From Intoshia linei (Eukaryota; Animalia; Orthonectida): a stretch of 38,435 nt of DNA. The translations under genes and the position numbers were made by a program. Of the stretch, positions 13,701-25,154 are shown piece by piece (within the stretch, counting starts at the first letter, position 1; each line of letters starts with the position of its first letter). The notes below the pieces were generated by a model. It saw only the letters and a list, made by a program, of their open reading frames with translations, was not told where the DNA came from and did not search any database. The stretch lies in assembly GCA_001642005.1 (NCBI GenBank), contig LWCA01000226.1, forward strand, positions 1-38,435, written 5' to 3'.

Positions 13701-15852
13701 CAATTGATTCTAGTTTAAGTGTAGAGAGTGTCTCTAATGAAAAAAAATCTCCATCCAGTATTAAAAAATCGGTTCAACCACATATATTGAAATCAAAACT
13801 AAATGACGATGACGCGTCTTTATATTCAACAATTTCGCAAGATTCAAATGTAAAGTACTTGAATAAATCAAAAATTGAAAGGAAAACGTCTGAAAGTAGC
13901 GATTCAGAAGATTTAAATTACGATTTATGTTCAACAATTTCTCGAAGCTTGACTAAACCAGCAAGAGGTATTGTAGAAGTAGTGTCTGACAGTTCAAACG
14001 AAATACCTGAAAATGACATTAAAAAAAAAATTGTCAATAAAAAAATCAATATGGTGCAACGATACAGTGAATCAAGTCAAGATAATTCTGATTATGATAT
14101 AGTTTCAACAAGTAATAAAAGTGTACTTAGTTTTCATAGTAGATATTCTTTAATAGGAAATGTATCATCTAACGATATGGCTAGCATTAATTCTAATATA
14201 AGAACTACCAAATTGTTACCAGCCATTCCAGATGATATTTTTAGTACAGAAATTAGTCATAAGCCAAAATTACCAAAAAAACCAGAAAAAAATGTACCCA
14301 GAGAAATGGAATTGCCTAAAAAACCAGAAAAGTTCATATATGTAGATTCTGAAAAATTAAAAAATAAAATGGTGGAAACTACCCATGAAAAAATTAGAGT
14401 TAAACCTGAACTGTCTGCAAAATCGTCAGATCAATCCATTCATTTATTTATTGATAAAAATAAAACACAATCTATATATGATTGTAAAAAAATCGAAAAT
14501 GCAAGTACAGCTTCTCCGCATGTCAGTTTAAAAAGACAAACAATGCCGGAATTACCTTCTAAACCAAGAAACAATCGGTTAGATACAAAATTAAATAGAT
14601 TTAGACCATTGCAAACTTTAAAAAGTGAAGAAGAGCCTGAAGTATCGGAATTGCATTCTAAATTAAACAAAACCAAAAAATTGGGAAACGAAGATTTGAA
14701 GGAAGTAGTAGAAAAATCAGATTCTGAACAGCGTAGAGAAGTTGAAACATTTAAATACAAAATAGATCCAACAATTTCTGATAAAAATACTAAGGAAATG
14801 GATAAAAAATATATACCACCATTGCCAAGCAAAAACAGAGTATCTGAACTTGATGAAAAGTTGAATCGTATGAAACAATGGGAAGATAAAACCGATAAAA
14901 CGCTAACTGATACAGAAAGTAAGATACTTTCTAGTAAAAACCGTGACAGTTTTATAATTAATGAGAATCCAAAAGTGTCAGAATTGAATGCAAAATTGAA
15001 TCGAGCTAGAAACTGGGAATCAAAAATTGAATCCAAAAAAGAGTTTCCAAAAAAAGAAATTCCAAAAAAACGCGATATATTGATTAAGGAAGCGCAACCT
15101 CGAATATCTGAACTGGATAGTAAATTAAACCGTGCCCGAAAATGGGAAGTTTCAACAGATTCTAGTATTTTTGAAGTTAACAAAGAAGAATCACCCAAAT
15201 GCAACGTCTATTCAGTGGAAAAACCAGAATTCAACAAAAAATATAATTCCTCCATTCAAGAAAAAGATAAATTTGATTTTACTGAAACTTCAAACATGTC
15301 GGAATTGGACAAAAAATTGTTCAAAGTTCGACAATCCCAATTTACTAAACCCGACAACGAAAAATCTTCAACCGATCAAGATTCTGAAACCAAGAAAATA
15401 CCTCCTTCAATCAAAAATACCTTTAAATTCAATAATTTAATGAAAAAGGATGAACGAAAAGTATCAGAATTGAATAAAAAACTTGAAAAAATTCGTTCAG
15501 GTATTGAAAAAATACCTGAATCTAATATACAAAATTCAGAAAAAACTAAATTAAAACAAACAGTACAAATTGATAAATCCTCAAATAATTCAAGTATAAA
15601 TAAGAATAATTTCACGAAAGACGAACACAATTCCGTTAGTTCCGTAAAATCAATTTTTGAAACACAAAATTCCAATAATACTAATAAACCTTTTCCAAAA
15701 CCTGTCAAGATTAACAAATTCTTGGAATCGAATGAAAAGACTGACACTTTTAGAAACAACAAGTTTAATAAAAGTATATTACATTTTTTAAAGTTTTATA
15801 TATTATTTTTTTAGAAAATATTTTTGAATTTGGTTCAGATAGTAGCAACTGA
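10762..15852 (+). CDS. Orphan about 888-aa Lys/Ser/Glu-rich disordered protein with repeated SELxxKL helices and PxLPxK motifs
   Basis: Exons 10762-10791, 10829-10933, 10998-11058, 11165-11274, 13451-15773, 15815-15852 give one open frame (MGIFKRMFKRKDS...FGSDSSN*). The 2.3-kb stop-free exon matches the 769-aa ORF. Extra small exons near 12697-12860 are possible. No family recognised. Confidence 0.8.
11458..12022. mobile_element. Tc1/mariner superfamily (pogo/Tigger-like) MITE, 565 bp
   Basis: 24-bp TIRs CAGTTTAAGTCCTTATTAACGGAA and TTCCGTTGATAAGGACTTAGACTG (22/24), flanked by TA on both sides. Internal TTAACGGAATT-like repeats. Confidence 0.88.
12924..13216. mobile_element. hAT-type MITE, 293 bp, in an intron of the orphan gene
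   Basis: TIRs CAGTGCCGTGGA and TCCACGGCCCTG (11/12). TSD ATCAGCAA / GTCAGCAA (7/8). Repeated GTAGGCCC motifs. Confidence 0.85.
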
Positions 15853-16028
15853 CAGTGTATATTAATTAAATTTCCATTTTTACATTCTAAATTTAAATTA
15901 TTTAATCTACTTTCTCTTTGTTGTATTGTTTTGGATGGCCCAATTAATTTTATAAATTCTTTTTAATATTTTTATTGTTTATATTCGTATACTGTCTATC
16001 AAAATATTAATCATTGCATGTTTAACCC

Positions 16029-19000
16029 ATGTTTACATCTAAATCGGAAAAATCTTTAGAAAAAACCAAGCAAAGAGTTATCGATGGTTTATTTACACTT
16101 TATTTTTCCATTTTTTTATTAGGATTTGGAAGTTACCAATACAAAAACAATTTTTTTAAATTCGAAGGAAATTGGAAAAATGGTAAAACTCACGGTATTT
16201 TTTTTGCCATTATTTTTAGTTTAATTTATATTTTTATTATTTTTCTATTTCTATGTGTGAGTGTTGTTTATTTTCTTTCAAAAATTGAAAAATTCAAATT
16301 CAAGAATTGACTTATTTACTTATTTCGCATACTTACTTGCATATTTATATTATTTTCTTTCATATATCTTTTCTTGTTGCATATGCTGAAAAATCAATAT
16401 TAAAATTTTGGTCAAAAATGTGTAATTCATACGTTAAATTTAAATAAAAATCTATTGGAATTATTTTACCTTTCCCATTAACTTACTTATGTGAATTTAC
16501 TACTCTTTTAGACATAAACAATTACAAAAGAAGCAGATTAAATTTTGAAGACAATTTATGTTCTTCTACACAATCTCGTATTTTGAATACATGTTCGTTT
16601 TAGCATCGAAGACTTTATTCTCTCATCGCTGCTTAAAGTGAAAATATAAAATACAGTTTCGCTAAGTGAAAATCGCGTTAATTTCAAGCTATTACGCTTT
16701 TTAGGAGTGTATATGTTGCCGTCCTTTGTAGTTTCAGTCATTATGAAGAATTTTCTTTAATTTTAAATTTTTTAAATTAAATATAGATTTTAACCCATAT
16801 TTCTTTATTGGAAATGTGTAGACGTACAATGCACATTTTTTTTGAAATTGTAGGATCAATGTTTACATTTTCAATTTTTATTTTAATCGAAATATTTGAA
16901 AAATATAGGTTGATAATATATTAAAAATTATTTTCCACCGGGAATGCGTAGATTTCTGGGGTTGAAATTTTGTATTTATATCAAATGAAATAAGTTCTAT
17001 GAGAATCATTTTTTTTTTATTTTCGGACCCTTAATTATTTCACATTTTTTGTTTCAATAAAATATTTCGAAAAAAAATATATATAAATACTTAAATGCTT
17101 TTTTGACCGTGAAGTCGTCACTTATTCAGATTTAAATTTTTAGTTTATGTTAACAGGATACAACTGTACCACTTGTCAATTTTTTTAAATTCTAGGGCTG
17201 TTTTCAAAAAAAAGGAAGGGAATTTGGTGTTTTGGCCCTGAAGATATAATTTTTTAAAATTTAAATTTATGATAATGTTTATGATTTTAAAATCCGCATC
17301 CGCGTATGTATTTTTTTAAATTCTCTAACTCGTTTGATTTTCAAAAAGAAAGACAATTGGGGTGTTTGATCCGTAAGATATGAAATTGGGAGGTTGAAAT
17401 TTATCTTATTATACGTCCCGGAAAAAACTGTAATTGAAATGTTATCTTTAAAAAATTTTAAAACTGGTAGTTATTTCAATAAAGCGTAACACTCACACAC
17501 ACACAAACAAAAATCGCGTAGCATATTATATAAGTTAGGATACATCAGTGGTACAATTTATTTGATAAAGTACAAATATTTTTCCGAGCATAATAGCTGT
17601 CGCACATTGTTAATAAATCGAATTGTGCATTTTTAAAATCTTTAACTATATAACCGTCAATATTAGGATTATTTTTAATCTTACTGAAAGTTTAAAAATT
17701 TTAATTCTAAACACCTCCTAACATATAATAAAAAAATATAATGAAAACCACATATAAATTGTATATTGTGTTGCTAATTTTTACACATTATTTAACAATT
17801 TTTGACATATAATATTTTTATTTACATTTTAATACATGTTATGTTAGATATTTTTCTAATAATAAATTATTTAATTAGATTTAGTTTTTATAAATTAAAG
17901 TAGATATAAATTAAATTTGAATTGAATTATTAATCTCAAAATTTTTAAAAAAGCTTCCCTTATTAAACCCTACTAAATTTTGATTCTAAAATTACCTTCA
18001 AATTATCTTCAAATTACCAAAAATTGTTAAAAATTGGTTGAAAAATTTTTCTCTAAAGAAACCAACAAAAATTTCTTGAAAAAATCAATAATACGATAAA
18101 TTATTAAAATTGATGATTATGTCTCGCTATGATGTATCGCTCCAACAATACATCTCTCAACTGAATGTTCGCCAAATTTGTTATTTTGTATGCAAATTTG
18201 CATTAATTTTAGCTGAAGGGCTAACAACACATAAAATAATTATTAGGTTATGGGAAATTGTTTATATTGGATGGATCTTATTATTTTGGAAATTTTACAA
18301 ATGGAGAAATTATAGGTCAAGGTTTAAAATTCAATGCTAATTCTGGAGATGTTTATTCTGGCAAGTTTTACATGGGAGAAATGCATGGATTTGGTAATTT
18401 ATTTATTTAAGAAATAATAACTCATTATGAAGTGTTTTTTAATTTGTGACCACTTTTTTCGTTTATTATTTTATATTTTTTTTGCCGTCAAATAATTATT
18501 ATGAATAGACTATTATGCTATATTTTGACTTTTATTGGATAATAATATTGATATTATTCTAATTAGGTGAAATGGTATACCATGATGGCTCAATATTTCG
18601 AGGATATTGGAATATGAACAAACCTCAAGGTTTAGTTAATTATTTCCTAGTTGTATTATAATATTATATTACACATACAATATATCTTTTAGGATATGGA
18701 ATCATTAGTTTCAGGGATAAGAGTGTTTACGAAGGGAATATACTTTCTGGTTTAAAACATGGATTTGGTAAATTAGTAGAAAAGTAATAATAAAATTATA
18801 ATAATAATAAACACGTATAATAAATTAAATTTGATGACGGTTAAAAATTTTAATTTTTTTGAATTCATTTTTTAGCATAACATACCTATGATTATCGAAT
18901 TCCACATCAACATGACAAATTTAGTTACATTTTTTCCTCAATTTAACATTTTACCTTTTTTCGAGGAATTAGGAAATTTAAATATAGTATTTTATAATTA

Positions 19001-22000
19001 CGAAATATATATAACTGGGTTTACTGTTATGTACTACGAAAAAAACAGCACTTAGCTCTGCCGAGGGCACATTTTTATTATACTTAAAAAATAAATTCAC
19101 GTTGAAAATGTAACTTAAAAATCATACTATTCACTATTATCAATCCTTTAAAGGAATGGTCCTCAAATTTGTTTCAGGTGGAACCGTCATATCACATTAC
19201 TTTTTACTTTAAAGTTTATTATTCCATCTTAATTTTGTGTTTGTTAACATTTGCGTAAAGAATTTTAAAAACCGCTTTAATTGTGAAGTCGCCACTTATT
19301 CAAATTTTTTGTGTGTGTTAACAGGATACAACTCTAGCACTTGTAATTTTTTTTTAAATTCTAGGGCTGTTTTCATAATAAAAAAAGGGTAATTTGTAGT
19401 TTTGGCCTTGAAGACATAATTTTTTTTAATTCTCCAACTTGTTTGATTTTCAAAAAAAGGACAATTGGGGTTTTTGACCGTTAAGATGTTAGTTTGGAAG
19501 GTTGAAATTTATCTTATTATATGTCCCGGAAAAAACTGTAATTGAAATCTGGACTTTATTAAATTCTAAGATTGGTAGTTATTGAAATAAAGTGGAACAC
19601 ACTCATAAATATGGCATAGCATATTATATAAGTAAGGATAATGAACACGAACATGAATCTGCAGGAGATAAAAAATAAACGGTTGGTGGCCTATGGTTTT
19701 TTTATTCCAAAATGGAATAATTCAATTTTACATTGTAATTATATGTAATTTAGTGACGGCGAAGTATTTGAAGGGCACTGGAAGAATGATTTAAGACATG
19801 GTCATGGAAAAACTACATATAAAGATGGAACGACTTACTCTGTAATTATAACTAATTTTTTTGAATTACAAGTAAATATTTGAAGCATATAAATTCTAAA
19901 ATGTATACAGTTAGCGCAAAATTGTTTGAAGAAAAATGTTTTTCTCAGATTCTTCTATTTGCAATTATCTATCTATAATTATATTCTTTCGAAAATATAC
20001 GCAATATGAAACTATTTAAGACTCATTATTTTTGCATGTGTCTGTAATTACTATTATGTTTTTTTAATAAATTAATTAAAAAATTTATCAAAAAATACTG
20101 ACTGTACTTGAAGAATCAGCTACGCTAAATTGATCAAAATTGAAAATTTTTTCTTACATTATATTATTTAAAATTTAAATAAAGGTAGATATACATTTTG
20201 CAAGAGGTTTGCCGGTTTCTGAATTAATTTTTTGGCCATCATCCAAATTTTATTGGTCCATTGATACATTCATATATATATACTTTAAATTTAAGATGCT
20301 GAATTTTTAAAACGTGAATTGTATTTACTAGTGTAACAATCGATATTAAATTTAAAAATCTGAACTAACATTAATATACTTTATAATAATTTATTATGCT
20401 CTGTTTTGAAAAAAATTTTCTCTAAAGTGTTATTGTAAAATTTGATTTTTTTCAAAATCAATTGATAGAAATATGTTTATATCGAAAAAACTAATCGATA
20501 AATTTTATCGATTACCAGCACTAGTAGTTACCGTTAAATTTTGATCAATTGCTTTCCCTTCTAATTATAATTAATATCATGATTATTATTACATATATAA
20601 TACATTTCATGAATGATAATTATTTAATAGGGAGAATATTACAGAGGAAAATATCATGGGTCTGGTAGAATGTTGCATGCCTCAGGCATGAAATATAGCG
20701 GAATGTGGTTAATTGGTTTTCCAGTTTTGTATACATCTCAATTGGTGTTTACTTCATCTCCAATTTCTCAAATTATTCCAATAATAGAAAACACTTTATT
20801 GGATTTTAATGTTGCTTGTATGGGAAACGAAGGAATGATACAGGGTAAACAAAACAAATTTAAAATTAATTTATGTGGTCCATTCCAAAGAAATAGTATA
20901 TTTCAATAATAAATTAAGTTTAAGCACAATAGTCTCATTGGTATTAATTGAAAGTACGATTGTTTGGTCATTGGATAGTTTAAGGTGGTTTGTGAGTTTT
21001 TGTATGCAAAAAGCCATATATCATAATGTATGATCATAAAAATAAATAGTAATTATCACAAAAATACAAAAATTGCTAAGAAGGATATTTTTTATTTGTT
21101 TTGCTAATATGATGTGTTCGTCATGTATTATCACCAAGGGTGATCGATTTGATGGCACCAGCATTTTTTTTTAAATATATAAATGACTAATTTACAAAAT
21201 GTACACTGAATACAATGACACTTGTGAGTCTTACAAATTTTTAATGTTTAGATCTAAGTACTCGAAATATTGGGGTTTTCCTTCAAGTTGCTAAAATTTA
21301 GGTTTTTAATTTTGTCGTTGGATTAAGAGTTTTTTATAGTAAAGTTTGGTAAAATGGAAGTTTTAAAAAAATTTAGGAAAAGAGATTTTACCTTAACTTA
21401 AGGCTTATGGGTAGGTAAAATTGAATTTTTTATTTTGGGGTTGGATTAAATTATCTAACATTATCTAATTAATTAATGTTTATTGCTAATTTTTGTGTAT
21501 AGAATATAAATAATGGCCAACAGTATATTTTTGTTATATTTACAGGGGTTGTTGAGAGTTGATCAAACAGCAGATATTTAACAAAAATTAAAAATACTAA
21601 ATGATTGTTAAGTGATAAATAAGTAATTTTAAAGTTTTCATTAAATTTACAGTGCATTGTTAATAAAATAGTCTTTTAAAAATTCTAGGACTATTTTCAT
21701 TTTTAAAAAAACTAGTAATCTGGTGGTTTGGCGTGAAAATGCACTTTTTTGAGATTGCCATTTATTATAACGCTAATAATTCTAAAAACTATCCCAGAAT
21801 TTATGTTTTACAAAATTTTAGGACATGTTTCATTTTTATCAAAGACTAATTTTTGGTTTTGACCATGAAGGTGTGCGTTTCTGAGGTTGAGATTTACGAT
21901 AATGTTAGTGATTTTAAAATACGTCCCAGAAGTTGTTTTATTAAATTTTTGGGTTTATTTTAAAAAAAAACAAAAAGGCTAATTGAGTTTTTGGCTCTGA

Positions 22001-23269
22001 AGGACTTAAATTCGAAAATGAAACATAAATATTAACATCCCGTACGAAAAACTGTATTAGAAATTGTGTTTTTTAAATATACGGTAATACACACATAAAT
22101 TTTATTTTTTATAAGTAAAGGATGAGTTTATCTTTATCTTTTGCAATTTTTTAGTTCTGATTTTCATTTAACATCTTTAACTTATATTTTTTTAGAAAGC
22201 AATCGTGTCGTAAAATTGAATTGTTATTTGATTGACAAAAATATAAAGGAAGAAAATGATGTAAAAAACATTACTTCCGATATACCAAAACTTGTTAGGT
22301 AATTTAAATATTTTTCTTATACAAGTTTTTAATAATTAAATTTGTTTATTTACCCTTCCATTTGTTTGTATAAACCTAACAATCATAAAATTCTTAAAAA
22401 TTATATTTTTAGAGAGTATGTCATGAACAGCGATTCCCCCCTTGAGGTGCGATTTTCAAAATATGATGGGAATTTTCATAACTATTTCATTAACTATTTT
22501 GATTTTCATAATTATTCAAAAATTTACCCTTTTTAGGTCAAAGTATAAAATTTTCAGTGTTTATTGAAATACATTATAATGACTACAATTTATACCTTTA
22601 TATATAATTTCTTATTTTACAAATTACATTAGATTTTAAAGATATATTTTTTATCTAATCACACATTTAGAGAGTGTTGCGTGAAGGAGAATGAACAAAA
22701 TTTATTGAAAATGAAAATATTAAATATTGAAAGAAAAACCCCAACCGACAAGGAAAAAGACGTTAAAGAAGGAAGAGACGGAAAAGAAAAAAGTGGAAAC
22801 TTGAGAAAACAGAAAAAGGAAGTTTCCTTAGACGACGTAATTGAAACTGAAAGCCTAAAACCAGGAATAATTGAACAAGGGACAACTACATTTCCGAATA
22901 CTTTTATTATGGCTACAATGCAACAATTACAAAAATCTATTACCAATCAAAAAATTGAAAAATCAAAACCCATAAATTCACCATTAAATAACATACACTT
23001 TGCTCCATCCGGATTATATATTGTTGTGGCATCTGATATTACTGAACCAGCATTTCTTAATGAAAGGCCAGAATCTGCAACAGTTTTTGTTTTAATAACC
23101 AAACCAAAGAAAAACAACAAAAAGGATAAAAAGTATGTTTTGCTTACGATACTTAAAATTTTAAATATTAATTAATTAATTGCTTTGCTAATACTCACTC
23201 AAAATATTTAGTATTTATAGATGGGACACAAACAAACATATTGCACAATCCATCACCCGAAATTATTAA
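16029..23269 (+). CDS. MORN1: MORN repeat-containing protein 1, about 472 aa
   Basis: Exons 16029-16086, 16123-16194, 18247-18393, 18567-18629, 18693-18783, 19754-19841, 20631-20844, 22196-22298, 22413-22446, 22633-23132, 23221-23269 (last three approximate). Tandem MORN repeats (GFGSYQYKNNFFKFEGNWKNGKTHGYGKLFILDGSYYFGNFTNGEIIGQG..., FEGHWKNDLRHGHG), HASGMKYSGMWLIGFP, ESNRVV and the C-terminal PSGLYIVVASDITEPAFL follow the order of the corresponding human MORN1 segments as I recall them. Confidence 0.88.
16780..17540 (-). mobile_element. Helitron-like family, 5' half, in MORN1 intron 2
   Basis: Colinear with about 35100-35818 and ends GCGTAGCATATTATATAAGTTAGGA|T. The left boundary is approximate. 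Confidence 0.8.
17925..18152. repeat. Dispersed repeat family (related segments at about 27772-27793 plus 28416-28600, and about 36445-36630)
   Basis: Shared TCCCTTA..AAACCCTAC/TCAAA.TTTG core in three places. 18045-18152 is the reverse complement of the sequence flanking the 27802 MITE. Confidence 0.6.
19015..19638 (-). mobile_element. Helitron-like family, internally deleted copy with both ends (624 bp), in a MORN1 intron
   Basis: Left end CTGGGTTTACTGTTATGTACTACG, right end ATATTATATAAGTAAGGA|T. The deletion junction is near 19270 relative to the full copy. Confidence 0.8.
20329..20523. mobile_element. hAT-type MITE, 195 bp, in a MORN1 intron
   Basis: Ends TAGTGTAACAATCGATA and TATCGATTACCAGCACTA. 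8-bp TSD GTATTTAC / GTAGTTAC (7/8). Multiple ATCGA subterminal motifs. Confidence 0.7.
21670..22122 (-). repeat. Diverged relative of the Helitron 5' part with tandem subunits, in a MORN1 intron
   Basis: Same AAATTCTAGGAC/GTTTTGACCATGAAG subunits; ends ATAAGTAAAGGA|T, resembling the family 5' TC terminus. Confidence 0.6.
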
Positions 23270-23656
23270 AAATTGTAAATATATATAATAAAAACTTAAT
23301 AATCATTTCCGCAAAAGATAATGGATTTTTCAATTCAACCTATAATTTTACAAAAGTTAAAAAAATTAAAAAATTAATTTTAAACAAATCAATTAAAATG
23401 AGAATTCGCCTTTGAAAAATGAAAAATCGTGATTTAAATTTTAAATTTTAAAATAAATGACATTATTTGGAGTCGCTAAAATTATTAAAGTGAATTCATT
23501 TTGTATCTTACCAATTTCACCTGAATGATTCTGGATGAATGTTAAATTTTCGCCGTCATTATGAATTTTTTTATTTCTTAGATACAAAAATGTAATAAAC
23601 TAAACAAATCTGATTGTTTATTTAGTTAGTAAATATAGACAAGTAAAAATTGTGAA

Positions 23657-25154
23657 ATGATATTAATAGATACTGGAAACGAGGCTATATTGGATGCTAC
23701 TTTAAAAAAATACAAAAAATACAACGAAGAGTAATTAAAATGTATATTTAATAACGTTAAACCTAGAAAAGAAGTTGATTCAACAAATTTGATAATACCC
23801 GGTAATTTAAATAAAAAAATTGTAGGATTTATAAAATTTGTAAAATTAGATTTTGATGGAACAGTTTACCATGTTTTCAATACACCAAATTCAAAATCTT
23901 CTCTAACAGTTTATAAGCTATTGAATAATGTACAATTTTAAATAGATTAGCTTGTCTTTAAAATATTTTGCCAAATTAAAAAAAGAAAATTTGCTAGATC
24001 ATTTTTTTTCCATTTACAAAGAATATGAAACTTCAACAGAATCAGGTTATGATTATACAGTTTGTATGGACTTTGCTAAAATTTCAAATTCGCAAATTGA
24101 AAAAGTTCAATGTGATATGATGAATATAAAAAAAAATTGTTTTGCTTCTTTTTTTTATAAATATTTTGATTCTGTCGGTAAATCTAGCCTCAAACCTATT
24201 ATTATTGATTATCGAGACAGTGAATGCTTGTAATTTTTCATTTTTAAATTTTATTTATTTCATCAAGATACATTTCGTCTTCAAATGACCGTGTTACAGT
24301 TATATTTTCCACATTGTTTAAAGATCCGGACGATATTATTCTCAGCGCCATTTTTATGGAAGTAACTATATTTTATTAAATTGTATTAATTCAATTATAG
24401 GAATTTAAAGATGAAAGGCGCAAGTATCAACAAGCTCCTCAAATTCTTTTTAGCCAAAAGGAACCACCTGTAGAACTTAAATCACATGGATTCACTAAAA
24501 CTAATGATAGATTTTATATAACTTTCAGTTTGTTTTGTGTTTTTTTTTTTTTTATTTTTCTAGTTTTATTTGAGAGACACATGAATAAGGATTTTAGGGA
24601 AAATACTATCAATTTACTTTCCACTTTCAGAGAGTTTATACATTATCATATCAAAATGTTAAAGGTAATTAAGTTTTATACATCATGGACAATATATATT
24701 TGACAAACATTTTTGTATATAGAAAATGCTTACTTTGGTTTTAGAATAGAAGTTTACTGTAAATGTGTGTTATCTTTCACCGGGGACTGTAGAATTGGTC
24801 AGTTTTCCAATCTGTGTGGCGATAAGTTTAAAAAAACATGATTTATTTTAAAAATTATCAAGGTCGTAAATTTTTCATTTTATGAGAAGGCCCATTAAAT
24901 CAAAAATCGACATTTGAATCTACTACTACTTTGTAAGCAAAATGATGAATTTTTTTTAAAAAAATAATGTATATCATTTATTTTGATAGTCTAAATTGAA
25001 CGAAAGAACTAGAATGAAGGCATCTGAATTTCAAAAAATATTGGATCGTGCCAAAAATGAAAAAAAGAATGTCATTAAAAAGACTATTGCGTATATTTTA
25101 ACATATTTTTATGAATTTTAATTTAGTGGAAAGACATTCAGACACCTTTCATAA
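23657..25154 (+). CDS. ARPC2: Arp2/3 complex 34 kDa subunit (p34-Arc), 300 aa, 9 exons
   Basis: Exons 23657-23730, 23767-23801, 23850-23908, 23946-24229, 24268-24361, 24401-24527, 24564-24664, 24990-25090, 25127-25154 total 903 nt. Motifs: MILID, DFDGTVYH, ESGYD, KKNCFAS, YRDSE, DRVTVIFSTLFKDPDD, FMEEFK, APQILFSQKEPP.EL, ENTINLLSTFR, HYHIK, KTIAGKTF. Confidence 0.96.

Noticed and set aside
14440-15762. Antisense and alternate-frame ORFs (254, 102 and 128 aa) over the large orphan exon
   Set aside because: Shadow ORFs expected opposite a Lys/Glu/Ser-rich coding exon. The repeated motifs are conserved only in the + main frame.
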